DNA of 64,000 bases, taken from positions 17,509,081 through 17,573,080 of the forward strand of contig OZ037766.1 in NCBI GenBank assembly GCA_964035545.1. The letters are read 5' to 3'. This document shows, in pieces, positions 1 to 14,114 of this stretch. The translations under genes and the position numbers were made by a program. Every line of letters starts with the position of its first letter. Position 1 is the stretch's first letter. The stretch is from Bugula neritina (taxonomy: Eukaryota; Animalia; Bryozoa). The notes beneath the pieces were generated by a model that worked only from the letters and a program-made list of their open reading frames with translations, was not told the DNA's origin and did no database searches.

Positions 1-150
1 TGCTTATGCTAACAGCTTTTTGACATTTCTCATTATTATAAAAAAATTTCAATTCAGCTTCCCAATTTAAAAACTCACCTCATATTATGCATTATGTATG
101 ATAGGCACAGTTTTTCCTGTTCAGCTAAAGAGATACATCGAAGCTAAAGC

Positions 151-3100
151 ATGGGGTGTGAAGGCTGTGCTCGAATTACTTTGCTTGTGTTCAATATCGT
201 CTTCTTTGTAAGTATGATTTGCTGGGCTAGTAGTGTCCGGTGTGCTTTCTATTTGCACATGGCAAATACTTTCACATAGTTCTGATTAGTTTCTTTAGAA
301 AATGTATAATTTGCCATCTAATGTTACTACTTGCTATGTTACTACAGCATATTCTACTAATGAAAAATTACACATTATAGACTAATTTAAAACATAGCAT
401 CTCATCCATGCCACTATCACCATACAGCTATGATTGTTCAGTATTTCATGAGTAAAATCTTGCAAAATTTTTATTTATTTTTTTTATTTTTTTTTTTATT
501 TTTACTTATTTTTTTTATGAATGCTATTTGTTGCATCTATCCCAATTTTTAAAACTATAAGCAAGTTGAAGTATATAATTTCTACTGTTTTATATTTTCA
601 GATTATTGGTTCGGTGTGCCTTGGTGTTGGAATTTGGGTGGTGGTCGATGGAGCTGTTTTCTTAGCGGTCTTGGGGAAAATACCAGAAGACACGTCTGTT
701 GTTGGCAGTTTAATCCAGGATGCGGCCTATATACTCATAGGTGGTGGTGCTGCTATTTTCCTTATTGCATTTTTCGGATGCTGTGGAGCTTGGAAAAAGA
801 ACAAGTGTCTTTTAATTGTGGTTAGTAAAACTAGGGCATGATTATGTGAGCATATTGTATTATGTGAGCATATTATATTATGAGAGCATATTATATTATG
901 AGAGCGTATTATATTTTGTGAGCATATTATATTATGTGAGCATATTATATTATGTGAGCATATTATATTATGTGAGCATATTATATTGTGTGGGCATATT
1001 ATATTGTGTTTGTTGCAACAATTATGGTATGCATGAAATGCATTTTTAGCAAATATTTCTAACACAGATACGTAGCCCCTTTATTATACATGTTTAGGTG
1101 CAACTATACTTAGTTGCAGTAGTAAATTTTAAAACATGGTCACCAAAATGAATTTTTGTTTCACTCAAATTTGTTTGCCTCTAAGTAATACCAGGTTCAT
1201 ATTTTTGTAGTATGCGGTTATCATTGGGGTGTTGTTACTACTGCAAATAGGCGCTTTTGTGACAGCCTATTTTTTCTATGATCAAATTGTTGACGTTCTC
1301 AATGACTCACTTGCCAATGCCCTCAACAAATCATATGACAGTGAATTCCAAGAAACATCTGCTGGAGAGTTTGATTATACTGGTGGGAATATCTTATCTA
1401 AAGGTCTCGATGCTATACAGATTGAGGTACAGTGCTGTCACTTTTGCAGTAGAATCTTTTTTGGATTCTTTTACTTAAACTGCAGTGCTTGAAATTAGGT
1501 TATTTTTCACTATTGACTATATTAGATATTTAGTTATATTTTAGACTCCAATAGTTTCTCAGAATAACAGATGGTACATTATACATGAACATCATAAATA
1601 GGCCTATGTTTTACAAATCAACATAATAGTTATATGAATGAAATCACATAGTATTTTTTACCATTCAATACACTGTCTCACTTTACATACCAAGTTTCCA
1701 CATATTATATAAAAAAGATTTGAGTTCATTGGCACCAAAGCCTACTTGGAAAATGTCCAAATGCACTGAGTAGCTGCAGGATGTTTTGAAATTGCCTCAC
1801 CAGGTGACTTACAGAGGGGGCAACTCTAATTAATAAGTTTTGTTACAGCTATGCTACATATACATTGTAACTTACAGGGTTTATTTGTTTCCAGCAGAAA
1901 TAAGCCATCAGAAAAATATACTTGTTTGTGTTTTGCAATCTGTTTTCCTTGCTTTTTTAGTACAATTTAGTTCACTAACTTAGTAACCGGTCAGCTAATT
2001 ATTAATAAAGAAGTAAGTTAATTTCTAAGCCTCTAATTACTAATTTATCCAGCCATTGCATCTCAGCTTAAATTAAATTAAAAGACATGGATTTGTCTCA
2101 CAGCTGACCTTGGTGTGTCGAAATATTATTGTTGGCTGTAGGTTGTTTTATAAGAACAATTAAAATTGTTTTATAGTATTTTCATCAGCTCATTACAAAA
2201 AGTCAGTCCATTTGATCATTGTATACTCATCATTGCTGAGAGACTAAAAATTGATTTAACAGTTCTTCAGATATGGTTTTAATTATTGGTAAGCTTTGTA
2301 TTTACAATCACATAATGAATTTTTGTCTACTTTAAATGCAAAAGATACTGTAGGTTGAAAATATGAAATTGATACTTAGCAGTGTTTATACAGAGCAGTA
2401 ACTGTTATCTTGCATACAACTTTAGTTGAAACTATAAATTTATTGGGGGGGGGGGGGGGGAGTAGCTATTGAGGATATATTGTGTTCATTAATTTTGGTT
2501 TGTTATAATATGTAATATATGAGTATATGACAGGCTTGTTACAATGGTCAGCTTGTGATATATGTCAGCTTATGATATATGTCAGCCTATGATATATGTC
2601 AGCTTATGATATATGTCAGCTTGTGATATGTGTCAGCTCGTTATATGGGTTAAAGATTATCACACAACTATCATACTCAGTGACAGTGTAATAATCTGCC
2701 AGAGGTCAAATTTATTTTCTCTTTATGTTCACAAGTAATATGTAACTAATAGCTCATGTTTTCAGTTTGGATGCTGTGGTGTACTCAACTACACGGATTA
2801 CCCAAATGATGCCTTTCCTCCCACCTGCTGCCCAGCAAACTACTCAGGGAAGATTAAAGATTTAGCAGATCAGTTGTGGAAAGGAGATGTAACTACTTAC
2901 ACAACTACTGCACCAAACTGCCATGGGAATATTACTTACATTGAAACAGTTCCTGTAAGTTTTCTTACTAACAAACTACTTGAGTCATTTTGATTGTAAA
3001 TGAGTCACTCAAATAACTTTGACGGAACATATTTGAAATGAAAAAAAGTTTTAGAAATGGACTAAAGTACTTTTATCAAATTTTCATAAAGGTATATTTA

Positions 3101-3685
3101 ATGATAAATGAAATGATTTATTTATCATATAATTATCTCTTATTTCATCCGTTAAAAAAAGTCTTTGGACCTTTAAAATTCTTTCAGTATAGCTTTCTGA
3201 TATGGAAATCAAAATTATGTACAAATATTAACTCTCTTACAGGGCTGTCTTGATGAAATTAAAGATTATATTCTGGACAGGAGTATAATTTTTATTGGAA
3301 TAGCTGCAGGAACCATTGCTGTTCAGGTTAGTTTTAGCATATAAGCATTTCACCTATAATTTTGCTTTTATTAGCAAAATCGGAAATAGTTTCACACGAA
3401 TCGTAGTTAGATATAAAGGTAGGCTGTAACATACAAAGCAAAAATATATCTATCTATATAGTTTGCCTATATTTTCTATTATCTTATAGACTCTACACTA
3501 GTAGGCTATAATATTATTTTTCTAAAACCAATTTTCTTAGTATAATTTTTGTGTAGTTTTATATTTCACTTTGTAGCTAAAATGGGGAAAATCGTTAGTA
3601 AAACTGATTCCTTTTGTAGTTGATTCTGGTCTTCCTATCTTGTTGCCTGTTTTGTTCCATTCAAAATGAGGAGAAGAAACCATGA
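151..3685 (+). CDS. Tetraspanin (TSPAN1/TSPAN18-like), 6 coding exons, isoform with last exon A
   Basis: Exons 151-207, 602-820, 1211-1426, 2766-2954, 3243-3326, 3620-3685, all phase 0 with GT-AG. Protein MGCEGCARITLLVFNIVFF/IIGSVCLGVGIWVVVDG...FFGCCGAWKKNKCLL...; large extracellular loop has CCG, PPTCC, C and GC; four hydrophobic segments. Confidence 0.93.
841..1005. repeat. 18-bp minisatellite (ATTATGTGAGCATATTAT), about 9 copies, tetraspanin intron
   Basis: Tandem units directly visible; they generate the spurious SHNIIC and VSILYY ORFs. Confidence 0.95.
2547..2647. repeat. 17-bp minisatellite (GTCAGCTTATGATATAT), 5-6 copies
   Basis: Tandem units directly visible. Confidence 0.9.
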
Positions 3686-4745
3686 TTTCTGATAAAAAGA
3701 ATAATTTTTTGATCAAAAATGATATTTATATGCTAATTCAGTAGTATTACACAAGCAATATAATTATTATATTATAGTCTATTAAAACATGTCATCTGAT
3801 AACCAGCTTTAATTTATTCTCAATTTCTTTAATTTTATAGATGCATTTAATTATTTTCTGCTCAAGTAATGTTTATGTATTGGATTGGAAAGTCTTGGGG
3901 TTTATTTAGAGACTTCACTGACTTTAATCATTTTTACAATTATGAAGTTAGGCCAACACAGATTTAAGTTGCGGTTTTCTTTCCCATTTAATTGATTTCG
4001 GGTTCTAACTGTAAAAAGAAATGTTAATGCTTTGCATCTTATTTCTTCCATTTCAGTGTGACTGTGTCCAACTGTTTACCTTATTATTTATTTTATTCTT
4101 TTATTCTAAAATTAAACCAAACAATAACTTTTAGCTTTGCTAATCTAGTTCTTTTATTATGGTACCTAGCAGAAAAAAGTTATTTCAAAATATTTTATGT
4201 GCCATTATTTTACCAACTCAGTAAATACGTAAAGTAACTTTTTATCGAAAGCTCATTTTCTTTAAATGCTATGTTTTCCATGTTTCATTGATACGGCACT
4301 TTGCTTATGCATTTATTATAAATAAATGTTCAGATGAGCTTGTATGCCTTGTTGGGAATATCACTCTGGGGATTAGCATCACTCAGTTGTGTGGGAGTGT
4401 TGGACATTTACGAGTAACTCATTTTAGTTAAACATTATAGCAAGTGATACTGCTTATAATTTCAAACCAGTTTAAGTTGTCTTGTAGTATTATGTTTAAA
4501 AGTTACAAGAACCATGTTTTAAATCCTTTTCAAAACAAATACTAAATTCCTGTCTCAGTGCCATAAATCATGTTCATAAAGAATTGAGTTTTGTTGATTA
4601 TGAAATATGCATGTTTCTTGTAGATTTATTTGACATATGCGCCTTGGCTGCAATTTTAATTGCAATATTTATTACAGAGGTTTTAATTATGTTATTGTAT
4701 GACCAGCTTGATGTAAACTCAGTATAAATACTCTGCTTCTTTTAG

Positions 4746-4802
4746 ATTGCCCTGCTTGTGGCAGCTGGTTGCTACATTAAGGTTGTTGGTAGTGAAGAAT
4801 AA
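4746..4802 (+). CDS. Tetraspanin alternative terminal exon B (IALLVAAGCYIKVVGSEE*)
   Basis: Acceptor ctctgcttcttttag ends at 4745; phase 0; 8 mostly hydrophobic/small residues then Cys at position 9, as in exon A. Confidence 0.7.
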   Translation: MALLVAAGCYIKVVGSEE

Positions 4803-5209
4803 CATAGCCTTTTGCTATGCTAGCTTCAAAAAGCATTTGATGGTGATTAGTTTTTGAGCTGTGCTCCCTTTTCTTTTCTCCCAGTTTGAAAAGTGTTGAC
4901 CCATATTTTACTAAACCAATTAGGTGACACACTGCTCCACACTGCACTAACACTTAACAAGTATTTTGATAATATTTCTGATATTAGTCACTAATACTTC
5001 TGAGAAGATATTTGAAGACTTTCATGAGTTTTATATCCTCTGTAAGTTCTGCAGTCAGAATCAGTGACATCAGAATCTGTTCATTTGCATGTCTGATGGT
5101 ATAATAGGCTCAACATATTAGTGGAGTGCTTTTATTCCTCAAAAGGCTTGAGTCTGCCAGTCATGAAATTGAACAGAAAAATTCACATTATTTCAATTTC
5201 TTATTGTAG

Positions 5210-5275
5210 GTTGTGCTGGTAATATTAGCTGCCTGCTATGCCAAATCTGTTGATGATGATAAAGACTATGCATAG
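5210..5275 (+). CDS. Tetraspanin alternative terminal exon C (VVLVILAACYAKSVDDDKDYA*)
   Basis: Acceptor tttcttattgtag ends at 5209; phase 0; same TM-half, Cys9 and charged-tail layout; AATAAA at 5493. Confidence 0.75.
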   Translation, partial: VVLVILAACYAKSVDDDKDYA

Positions 5276-5587
5276 ATGTCTTTATACTTTATGTTGGATG
5301 ATACTCTTTTAACATGTTTATTTTTTTTTTTTTTGAAGAAAAAATATTTCTCAGCCTGTGCTAATAATTCAACCTCTGGCTTTTACCAAACAAATATTGT
5401 GATTTTTTGAGCATCGTGATCTGATTTTAAAGCATTTTACTTTTGGCAATTTTCTATTTAATTTTTGCAGTTATAATGTTGGTGTTCTTTTTAATAAACT
5501 AATACAAATAAATGTGCAGTTGATATTCAAAATTTGGGCATACTATGAGAAATTCTTTTGCCAAATACTCCTATAATATAATTTTAA

Positions 5588-6868
5588 TATGGGGGGGGGG
5601 GGCGCGAAACAGTCATAGGGGTACAAAAAGCTGGTCGAATTGTAAGAGAACTTATTGACTTAGAGTTGTGATTGTTTTTTAATAAAAAGGTAATGACATA
5701 ATTATTCAGCCATTGTAGTTTCAACATTTGTGGAGCATACATGTTGAAGAGGCCAGTCAAAAAATGTTTTTACCTACTTTTTTAAAAATTTTCAAGATGT
5801 CATTAAAGCTTTATAACCTTTTACACTCAAAGGTAACCAGCCTAGTTTTTACTGATATTGTTGCTATTGCTTGTCTTTACATTGCTTAACTAGTATAATA
5901 GCAAATTCTAAAATAAATTTTCTTTGAGCCACATTTATTTTCAACTTGGCCACCTAGGGCACAATGGGCCACCTGACCATTGCACCCTGATCACTGTTAT
6001 TAATTTGTCTGCCCAAAAAATTAGTTGAAATGTTAATGAAATCTATAGATATAGCTATTTCTGACTCTTTTTTGTAAAATATCAAAGACATCATAGTAAG
6101 ACTACCAAATTACAAGGTTAAGCTGCATGCTCTCATATGCATCTGGTGTGGTTATAGCTTTGCCATTTTATACAACATACAAAACACTCTGCTGTTGCTA
6201 CTGATGGATAGTCATGATACTCATTATACATTATATCAATGAGGAAATATATACATGTATTTGACTAAAATAAATTGTGATTTGCTCATTTCCTCCCCCC
6301 TTCCGCACTCCAGCCAAAAACTGCAGTCACCTTAGCAACAACGTTCATAAAAAAATTCCACTTGAAACTTTGTAGCACATGTTACTAAAGTTTTTTCTGA
6401 TGAATGTTCCTGTTTAGTGGAAAGAGAAAAAAAATTTAGTTCTAAACGGTAATGATAATGGTGCCGTGAAAATGAGTGATATGCGTTTGATTTTGTCTCC
6501 TCCTGTTATCTGTGGTGGCACAAACTACTACTAAAACATGATTTTCGCTGTAGATCTGAAAGAGATTTTTTTTACTTGTGTAAAATAAATAAATAAAGAT
6601 TAGAGGCAACCAAATCAGCAAAGTTTCAATATATTTGTTGTGTCCCACCCAGTGGCCCCTTGCACCCGGTACCAGGGCACAATTGGCCGTATTTTAGTCA
6701 TGAAAATTTCATTATTCTGAAGGTTGTGAAAGAGATAAAAACAACAAGCTGATATCTGTAATAGACAACTGGTGTAGCAGTTATACTAGAGATTATTGAA
6801 CTAGTAACTTGCAAAACAGACGAATGAGAGTAAAAAATTCAAAACTCAGCCCATTGTGCTCCCCCTAT
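5588..6868. mobile_element. Degenerate non-autonomous DNA transposon (MITE-like)
   Basis: Recurrent GGGCACAATGGGCC-type motif at about 5957 and 6675, inverted at about 6850; G-rich left end and CCCCCTA right end. Boundaries are uncertain. Confidence 0.35.
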
Positions 6869-7229
6869 AACAATTCTGGTTTTTTTTTAATAATGCTTAC
6901 CGGTACTTATTTATTTATCCATATTTTTTCATCAGTATAGTTTCTCACCTAAACTGCTGTAGTATGTTTTGTAGGTTCAAAGCTTGGTCAATGAGCACCA
7001 TCTGACCCGGAGGTAGATGCAGTAATGGAGAAATTAAAGAAAGCCTGTGTTTTAAACTAGAAATGTAGCAAAAGAAGTTATGTTATGATTTTTAACCCGC
7101 GCCTCAAACCAAAATTTAATAAGAAAGTTGAAGCCTCAATTGAATATATTGAAAATAACTGAAAATTTATTATCTCAATTTCTCCACTACTGCTCCTAAA
7201 TGGTCTTTTCCTTTTGTGTCTTTTCCTTT

Positions 7230-7800
7230 TTCCACATGTGTCTTTCACCCCAGCCTGCTCCTGTAAGTGATCATCGTAATCATCAACATTCTCATTTCTA
7301 TTGTGTTCATCCTATCTCCCATCCTCTTAGTGACTGGCAAGGTTTCATTACTCTGAGTGAGTAGAGGTTTGATAAAATTAATGTTTTTTTGCACAACGCT
7401 GCTGACAAGTAGGTCCCTGCACCTGGTCCTAGCCAATCCAATCCTTCCAGTAATTCTGATTATATTATTTGAAAACACTAGTCTCAGCAAATGGCTGCAG
7501 TCCTTTCATTCATAATTTTTCTCTTCACCTTATTAGCTGCTCCATTGCAGCATGCACTCAGTCTTGATTTGCTTAGCACCAGTTTAGTATCTTCTACAAT
7601 AATTATTTTCTCCAATCTTCCAACATATCCTCCACTCTATTTGCCTCGCTCCCACTCAAATCTTCCACATGGCTCATGCGGGGTGCCCTCATTTATCTCC
7701 TTTGTAATGGTCCCTCTTTGTAATGACATTTAAAATTATTATAAAAATAAATGAACACCTAGCCATGAGCCTTGATTCTAATTTGTTTGCCATCTTCATG
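7230..7800 (-). mobile_element. Degenerate RTE-like LINE fragment (post-RT region)
   Basis: IKPLLTQSNETLPVTKRMGDRMNTIEMRML resembles the RTE motif IRPVLTYGSETW...FEMRMLR. Confidence 0.55.
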
Positions 7801-9114
7801 CATATACTCACCAATTTTGGGCAGTCCTCTTACTTATTAGTCTGATACCTTATACTCCTCACACCAACTACATATTAATCTCTATCATAAAAGTTGTAGC
7901 ATAGTAACATAGTAGGTATTTGAAAAGTCAAAATGAACACAATAATAGTTGTACAGGCAACAGAGAATTAGTTTATATATTGAATAGCAAAGTACACTAA
8001 ACGTAAAATTCAAGAGTTCCTCATATTATAAGCAAATGACCCTTTTTGCTGCTAAAGCACTTTAACACACAGTGTACTATATTTATGCCTTCTGCTGTAT
8101 AAACTAAATATTTGACATGTTTAACTTTATCACTTGAATTTGTATGCAACAACAGCCTATTTGAATTGGTGTTGAAGTTTAATTATTCATTCAAATTGTT
8201 CACCTAGTTTTATGCCATGCAGAGACGAAATTGGGCCATAAAAGAATGACTACTCTTAAATTGTCATTTTTCAATGCGACCACAACACTTAATGATTTTT
8301 GATGTACAAATTGTAATACATGAATTTGCCAGTTTAGTTAGAACATCATTAGCTGGCAGCTCTTTTCCCACATTTCATACATTATGTTGCATTCCGTTAA
8401 ATATTATGCTTTAAATATCACATTTTAATTATAAATGTGCCTCATGAATGAATGCTACAATCAAGAAACAAAGCCACACAATAAATAATAACATCTAACA
8501 AGTAGTGCTTTATTCATATATTGTATAACTGCACAGTAATAATTTTATAATAGTTCAAGAACATTTTTACTTGCTATTTGATGAACCAATGCTGCTAAAT
8601 CTTGTTCCTCAATAAAGGAAATTAGTCTTATTGCAATGTGTTTAAAAACATGTAGCCTCTGTAAATTATAAGTTTTCTTGTGATATATAAAAAGTGCCAG
8701 GCAATAAATGCTGGGGATGGTATATTTCTCAAATGCCAAGATAATGAAAATTATAGAAATTAGCATACTATTCATAATTCACAAAATAGTAAGCAACTTG
8801 TTATTAGATAACTCAATATAAAACAGTGATTGCAGTTACAATGCTTGCCATCAGCTGGCAGAGTATAAAATAAAAATGGTTGACTAAATTCAACAGCAAG
8901 CAAGATGGTATATATAATAGATTTAATATGTAAACCAGGAAGTTTGTATTTCAGCTATACACTGTGTAACTTAGCATATAACACTTAATCTTGAGAGTTT
9001 AACTTTTTTGACCCCTTCAAGATTATTTTAATATAGTTTATTGAATTATCAAATTACTGAGTGGCCAGGTATAAATATAATACACATAAGAAAACTTGTA
9101 CAGGGCATTTGCTG

Positions 9115-12100
9115 CTAAACCCTCAGTATCTCCAAGGATTGGTTGTAGCATATGGCTATCCAATCAGGTTGCGTAGCTGACCACTGCACGCAGTTGATCT
9201 CGCCAGCTGCAGTGTAGGCAAGTATTGGATCCTCTATTGCTCGAGGCATCTGTTGAATATCCCAGATAAGTGCCTGACTGTCATCACCTACAATGGGAAT
9301 GTGAACCTGTGTCTGCAGGTCTAGCATCATGCAACACGCTATATATACACACGTACAAATGTGTGTATTATATTGTGAGAATATAATACAAACAAAAAGG
9401 TAGGTCAGCATTTCCAGCCATACTTGCGACAATAAATAAGATAACAAAACTTAAACATAACACTTTGGTGAGGTTTATTACAACAATTAGTAGCTCAGCA
9501 ATGGTTTAACAAATAGAAACACACATTTCTTGTGCATTGTATAACATTAACTTGTAATTATCTTCTCAATGTGATAACTAAGTGTGGGACAACAACTTTG
9601 ATACTTGTTCCTAACTACTTATTAATTATTAAACTAGTTTACCTGCAGTACAAATGTGGCAGCTAGAGTGTGGGGCCCAGGCTATGCCATTGACACAGGC
9701 CCTGTGGTTATTGAGTCTAGCCACAGGAGTACATGGCACTCTCACATCTAATATTATAACCTAAAGTAAAAGGTGATTGAAGCAGCATATATAATGGTGA
9801 TCATCTCATTACAGTAAAACCTATAAATAATTTATAGTGACCTAGGTCCCAGTATATTCATATTACATGCTATGATAGTATCACACTAAACTATTTATTG
9901 TCAAATATACTAGACATTTAAAAAGAAAGTATCATAAATTGAAACAAATCTGCACAAAATATTTAAAGCATCTCATCTATGAAATATATCAGTTGAAAAG
10001 GTATCAGCAGTCATCCAGATTTGCCGATGGAGAGAAGCAATAGTCGTCATAGGAAAATTATTTCAATTGGATATAATTTATATAAGCAAAAGGAGAAAAT
10101 CAATTCAAATTTCATCTTAATATAATAGTTTACACTCATGTAGAACTATCAAGCTCTACACAATGCAGTGAATATTATTTTAAGAGAGAGGGCTGACAAG
10201 TGAAACTGTATAGTGTATACAGATAGGCAGTACTAACAAGCTCTAGCTAACCTCAGAGGCGTCCATGGCATATGTAGCCAGATAGTTGGGATCTTGTTTG
10301 TTCCACGCTAGGCGTAATAAAGGCTGGTGAGCATTGTCCTCGTAAATTATTGTAGAGTGTTCCAGATGCCTGAGATCAAACATCCTGACAGAGCCATCAG
10401 CACCTATCGTTTATTACATCACACTGAATATGGCCATCAGGTGTTGAACAGTATAACAATACTACTACCAGTATTACCACCACAACTAGACGATGTATTT
10501 AAATACACTTTTATTTCAAATACTTCTGATATTCCATATTAATATGATATAACACCACTTGCTATCATCACAATATTACACAGGGTGGCATATAAAACTA
10601 CACTTTCAAACTTTCAGCCAACTAAAAGCATAAATTTGAAAGTATAATTGCCAATCTATATTAACCAAAGGTTTGGTGTGTATGTGTGAGACTGTTGTCA
10701 TAGTGTGAAAGCTTGTTATATGCAAGACACATGAGCTCCTCTTACTTACCCACACTAGCAAATATATCTCTACCACCTCCAGCCCTGCTAAATGCAATAT
10801 CATATACTTCTTTATCATGTGCAATGAGTTGAGTTTTTACATGACCTTGAACTAAGTTCACCCTGCCAATTACCTGACCTGTCTGAAACACAGCAAAACA
10901 TCATAATCTTTAGAGCAAAATGGCATTACTTGACTACTAAACAACACGAGAGACACAGTTTATGACTGAATTTGAGTATAAACAGTTACCAAATATATAT
11001 TACAGTTAAATAATACCATCTGCACATAAGTTGGAGGCTAAATAATAGTAGCATGGTTAGCAGTGCCATTATGATGTAATGAAAAATGCATTATGTTGCC
11101 TGACTAGTTGTTAACAATAGAGCACACTGCTAACCAACAATTCACTAACTATACTAAGCAAACCAGCAACAGTCCACATTACAGAAAAGCTCAGGATAAT
11201 AAACAAGACAATCAGTTTTCTCTTTCAAATTTGTCAGCTTGTGATGCATCAAACTTTTTCGCAACGAAATAAAACACATTATGCTTGATAGGTTACCTCT
11301 AAACCCCAGATAGTGCAAGTCGTGTCGATGCTTGAAGTTCCAAGGAGGTTTGGATCAACTTCGTTCCAATCAAATGAGGTTAGTGGAGCACAGAAATCGG
11401 AGTTTTTATTCTGTAAAGATATGTCACTCATTATGTGTTAGTATAATTATTTTCATAACAAAGATATTTGATTGTAGATTATTGAAGTCAGGGTCAGGTT
11501 TGTATACTGCAACTCCTGTTTCTACCAGCAAGGTTCTGTGGGCTTTTAGAACCCCATTGAAGGTGCATGAATTCTTAATGAATCAACAACTATCTACTGA
11601 AATGAAGTTCAAGATCAGTTAGGCCAACGATTGTTAGTATAGCTGGCTACATGTAGACACACTCCCAAACATATTAGTCCAGCTTTTCCAGCTTAAAGAG
11701 TTTTACAGATCTCTTCAAATCAGCCCACTCACCAGCAAACATGCAGAAGTTTTCACTACAGCAATTTATGCAAGGAAGGTTGGGGGACGTTCAGGGCTAC
11801 AACTGTCAGCTTTGAGCCATATTGATGAAGCACAAGAAGTTCATCCCGAGTTATAATATGGTTTCAGGGCCCAGCACTAATCACTGATACGATTACAGCC
11901 ATTGCAGGCAAAATCTCATGAGCTAAGAGAGCCCCACTAATATTTGAGGAAGGCTTTGTTGATAAAAAATCTATGTTCACAGTTTCAGCAAAAGCTATTT
12001 GCGATTCCACTTTGCTTGCTCAAATGTTTCTTTTATGATGAAATGAATCCTGAAATCTAGTTGTTTAGCTTTCCATAAAGGGGAAGAGCAAAATTTAGGT

Positions 12101-14114
12101 AGTGTGCTTGCACCAAGCTTTTTTATCTATATTTATTTCCAAACGAAAAATAGCAAATTAGCACCACACATGTGTTTATACTTTTATATGGTAACTGGAA
12201 ACTTCTTTAACTCATCATGTTTCAAGACAAGAACTTCTACTCAGAATATCAAAATATAAAAGCTTATTTAATGTTTAATGAGACTGTTTAATGTGCTTTA
12301 TACACTATCAGTCACAAAATCTATTGAATCGCTTGGTGAATTCATGTGATAAGTTAGATTTTACAATATATTAAAAAAAATATCCCGACACTTTCCCTGT
12401 ATACTTTGAATCCACCGCCTCCAAAAGTGACAAGGAGATTTCTAGAAGACTGAAAAACATTAACTGTATTTGGTTGTCTAACAAAGAGCATTCAAGGAAT
12501 CTTTACATTAAGGTAGAAGCATACTAGACTGCAAATGCACATTGTTTGTGCTCTTAGGATAACACATCATGTTGCAGAGAACCTAAGAAGAATAAATCAT
12601 TAATGATAATGCTTTTAGAACCACTGGTTAATAACTACTGTCAACTAGAGTAACGTCTATCTCCAATGAATCACAAATAACACATTTCAAGAATTTGCTT
12701 CGTAGACACACTGAAAGGTTATGACTTGGGTTCTAAGATGTCATCAAATATAATCTCCAAGATTTCAACATTGAACCCCAACACATGGGTGCCATCGCCA
12801 TAACACTAAGACTATGTCAAAGATGCTACATATTATGATTGAATGAGACTAAATATTGTCCTTTATGACACAAGCACATTAACCTACCATGAGTAGATTA
12901 GGATTGATATTTGGTAGCAGGTATACATTGAGCTTGGAATGTGAAGACTCCAGGCTACATATTGTCCAGGAAAAATAATAATTTATGAGGCTATTCTTAA
13001 GACTTTCATCTAGGCTAGTAAGTTGAATTAGCAACATCTATCAGATTTTAGAAAGAGAAAAATGGATTTGCACACAAAGGGAATACTTATAGAGTAACTT
13101 ACATTGTTCAGTAAACATTCAAGTCGAACTTCAGGGTCACCAACTCGCCATATTCTGAGGTAGTCACCAGAAGTAGCTACCAAGTCTGGAAACACTCCTT
13201 TCTATAGCATAGTGTACACTTACTATAAACTGTGCAGTTTTACTAAACAGTACAAATTTATAAGTGAAACAAGTAGTAATGGGCACTTGCATTCATAACA
13301 ATCAAGTTAATTTCAGTGAGACTTTACAAAGGCAAAAATTCAGAGAGTTTGAACATTTTATTTCATGTTTTGTTTAATAAAAACATATTGAGCTGCGAAA
13401 ATTCGTTTAAAACTTAAGTTTTTCCAACCTCTGCAAACTGAATCTGAAGCCATAAAACAAGGTTTGAAAATAGTTAAAAACAAAATAATTATATGATAAA
13501 TTGAATATTTGATTTACATTATAATCAACAAGTATTCAATAATGTGATGCATTAATTCACATAAAACCTCACTCAAAAATGAGTAGGCAGTACAACTCAC
13601 TGTGTCCGGTATCCATACAATTTTGGTGGTAGGGTATGGGTGTTCAAATGTAGCTTTACAAACAAAATCTGAGGTATCTTCATCTAGCTGTACAATTTGA
13701 ACCTAATTCAACACACAAAAAACATTACAACACATAATATACTCTAACGCTAAATATATTACACTCTACTACAATTATTAAATATCACCTGGTTAACTTG
13801 TGTTAAAATTGAATAAGTTTGAGGAAAAAATCTTGTATACTGAAGTGATATTATTCTAGAGAATAATAAGAATGCACTACAAGTATAATCATGTCAAAAC
13901 AGCTACTTAGTCATGACTCATCTCAATAACTATCATCTACACTCCTCACTTTGTTATTATACTCTTCAACAAAACTTCCTAAAGCTAAACGAAACTTTCG
14001 ATCAGGTCTAATACTCCAGTTCATACTGAAAACCGTCCAAGGAGCATCATATTTATATATTTCCTTTCTCTTCCCTGGAGGGGGAACTGTGACAGTGGCT
14101 GGAAGACTGGACAT
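9115..14114 (-). CDS. DCAF7: DDB1- and CUL4-associated factor 7 (WDR68/HAN11), about 351 aa, 8 coding exons
   Basis: Exons 14114-13950, 13702-13601, 13201-13103, 11410-11297, 10882-10750, 10403-10252, 9760-9643, 9287-9115. Near-identical to vertebrate DCAF7 motifs: [62 protein letters not shown]. An acceptor at about 14131 implies an upstream non-coding exon. Confidence 0.98.
11650..12800 (+). mobile_element. Highly degenerate RTE-like LINE remnant in a DCAF7 intron
   Basis: Decayed RT motifs (AKA.., G.VLAPSFLSIF, GNFFNSS.FK..) in the order expected for RTE. Confidence 0.4.

Noticed and set aside
727-1065. ORFs with repeated SHNIIC / VSILYY peptides
   Set aside because: Translation of an 18-bp intronic minisatellite.
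4057-4134. Acceptor followed by hydrophobic peptide CDCVQLFTLLFILFF... as another tetraspanin last exon
   Set aside because: Hydrophobicity comes from T-rich UTR-like sequence and the peptide is out of register with exons A, B and C.
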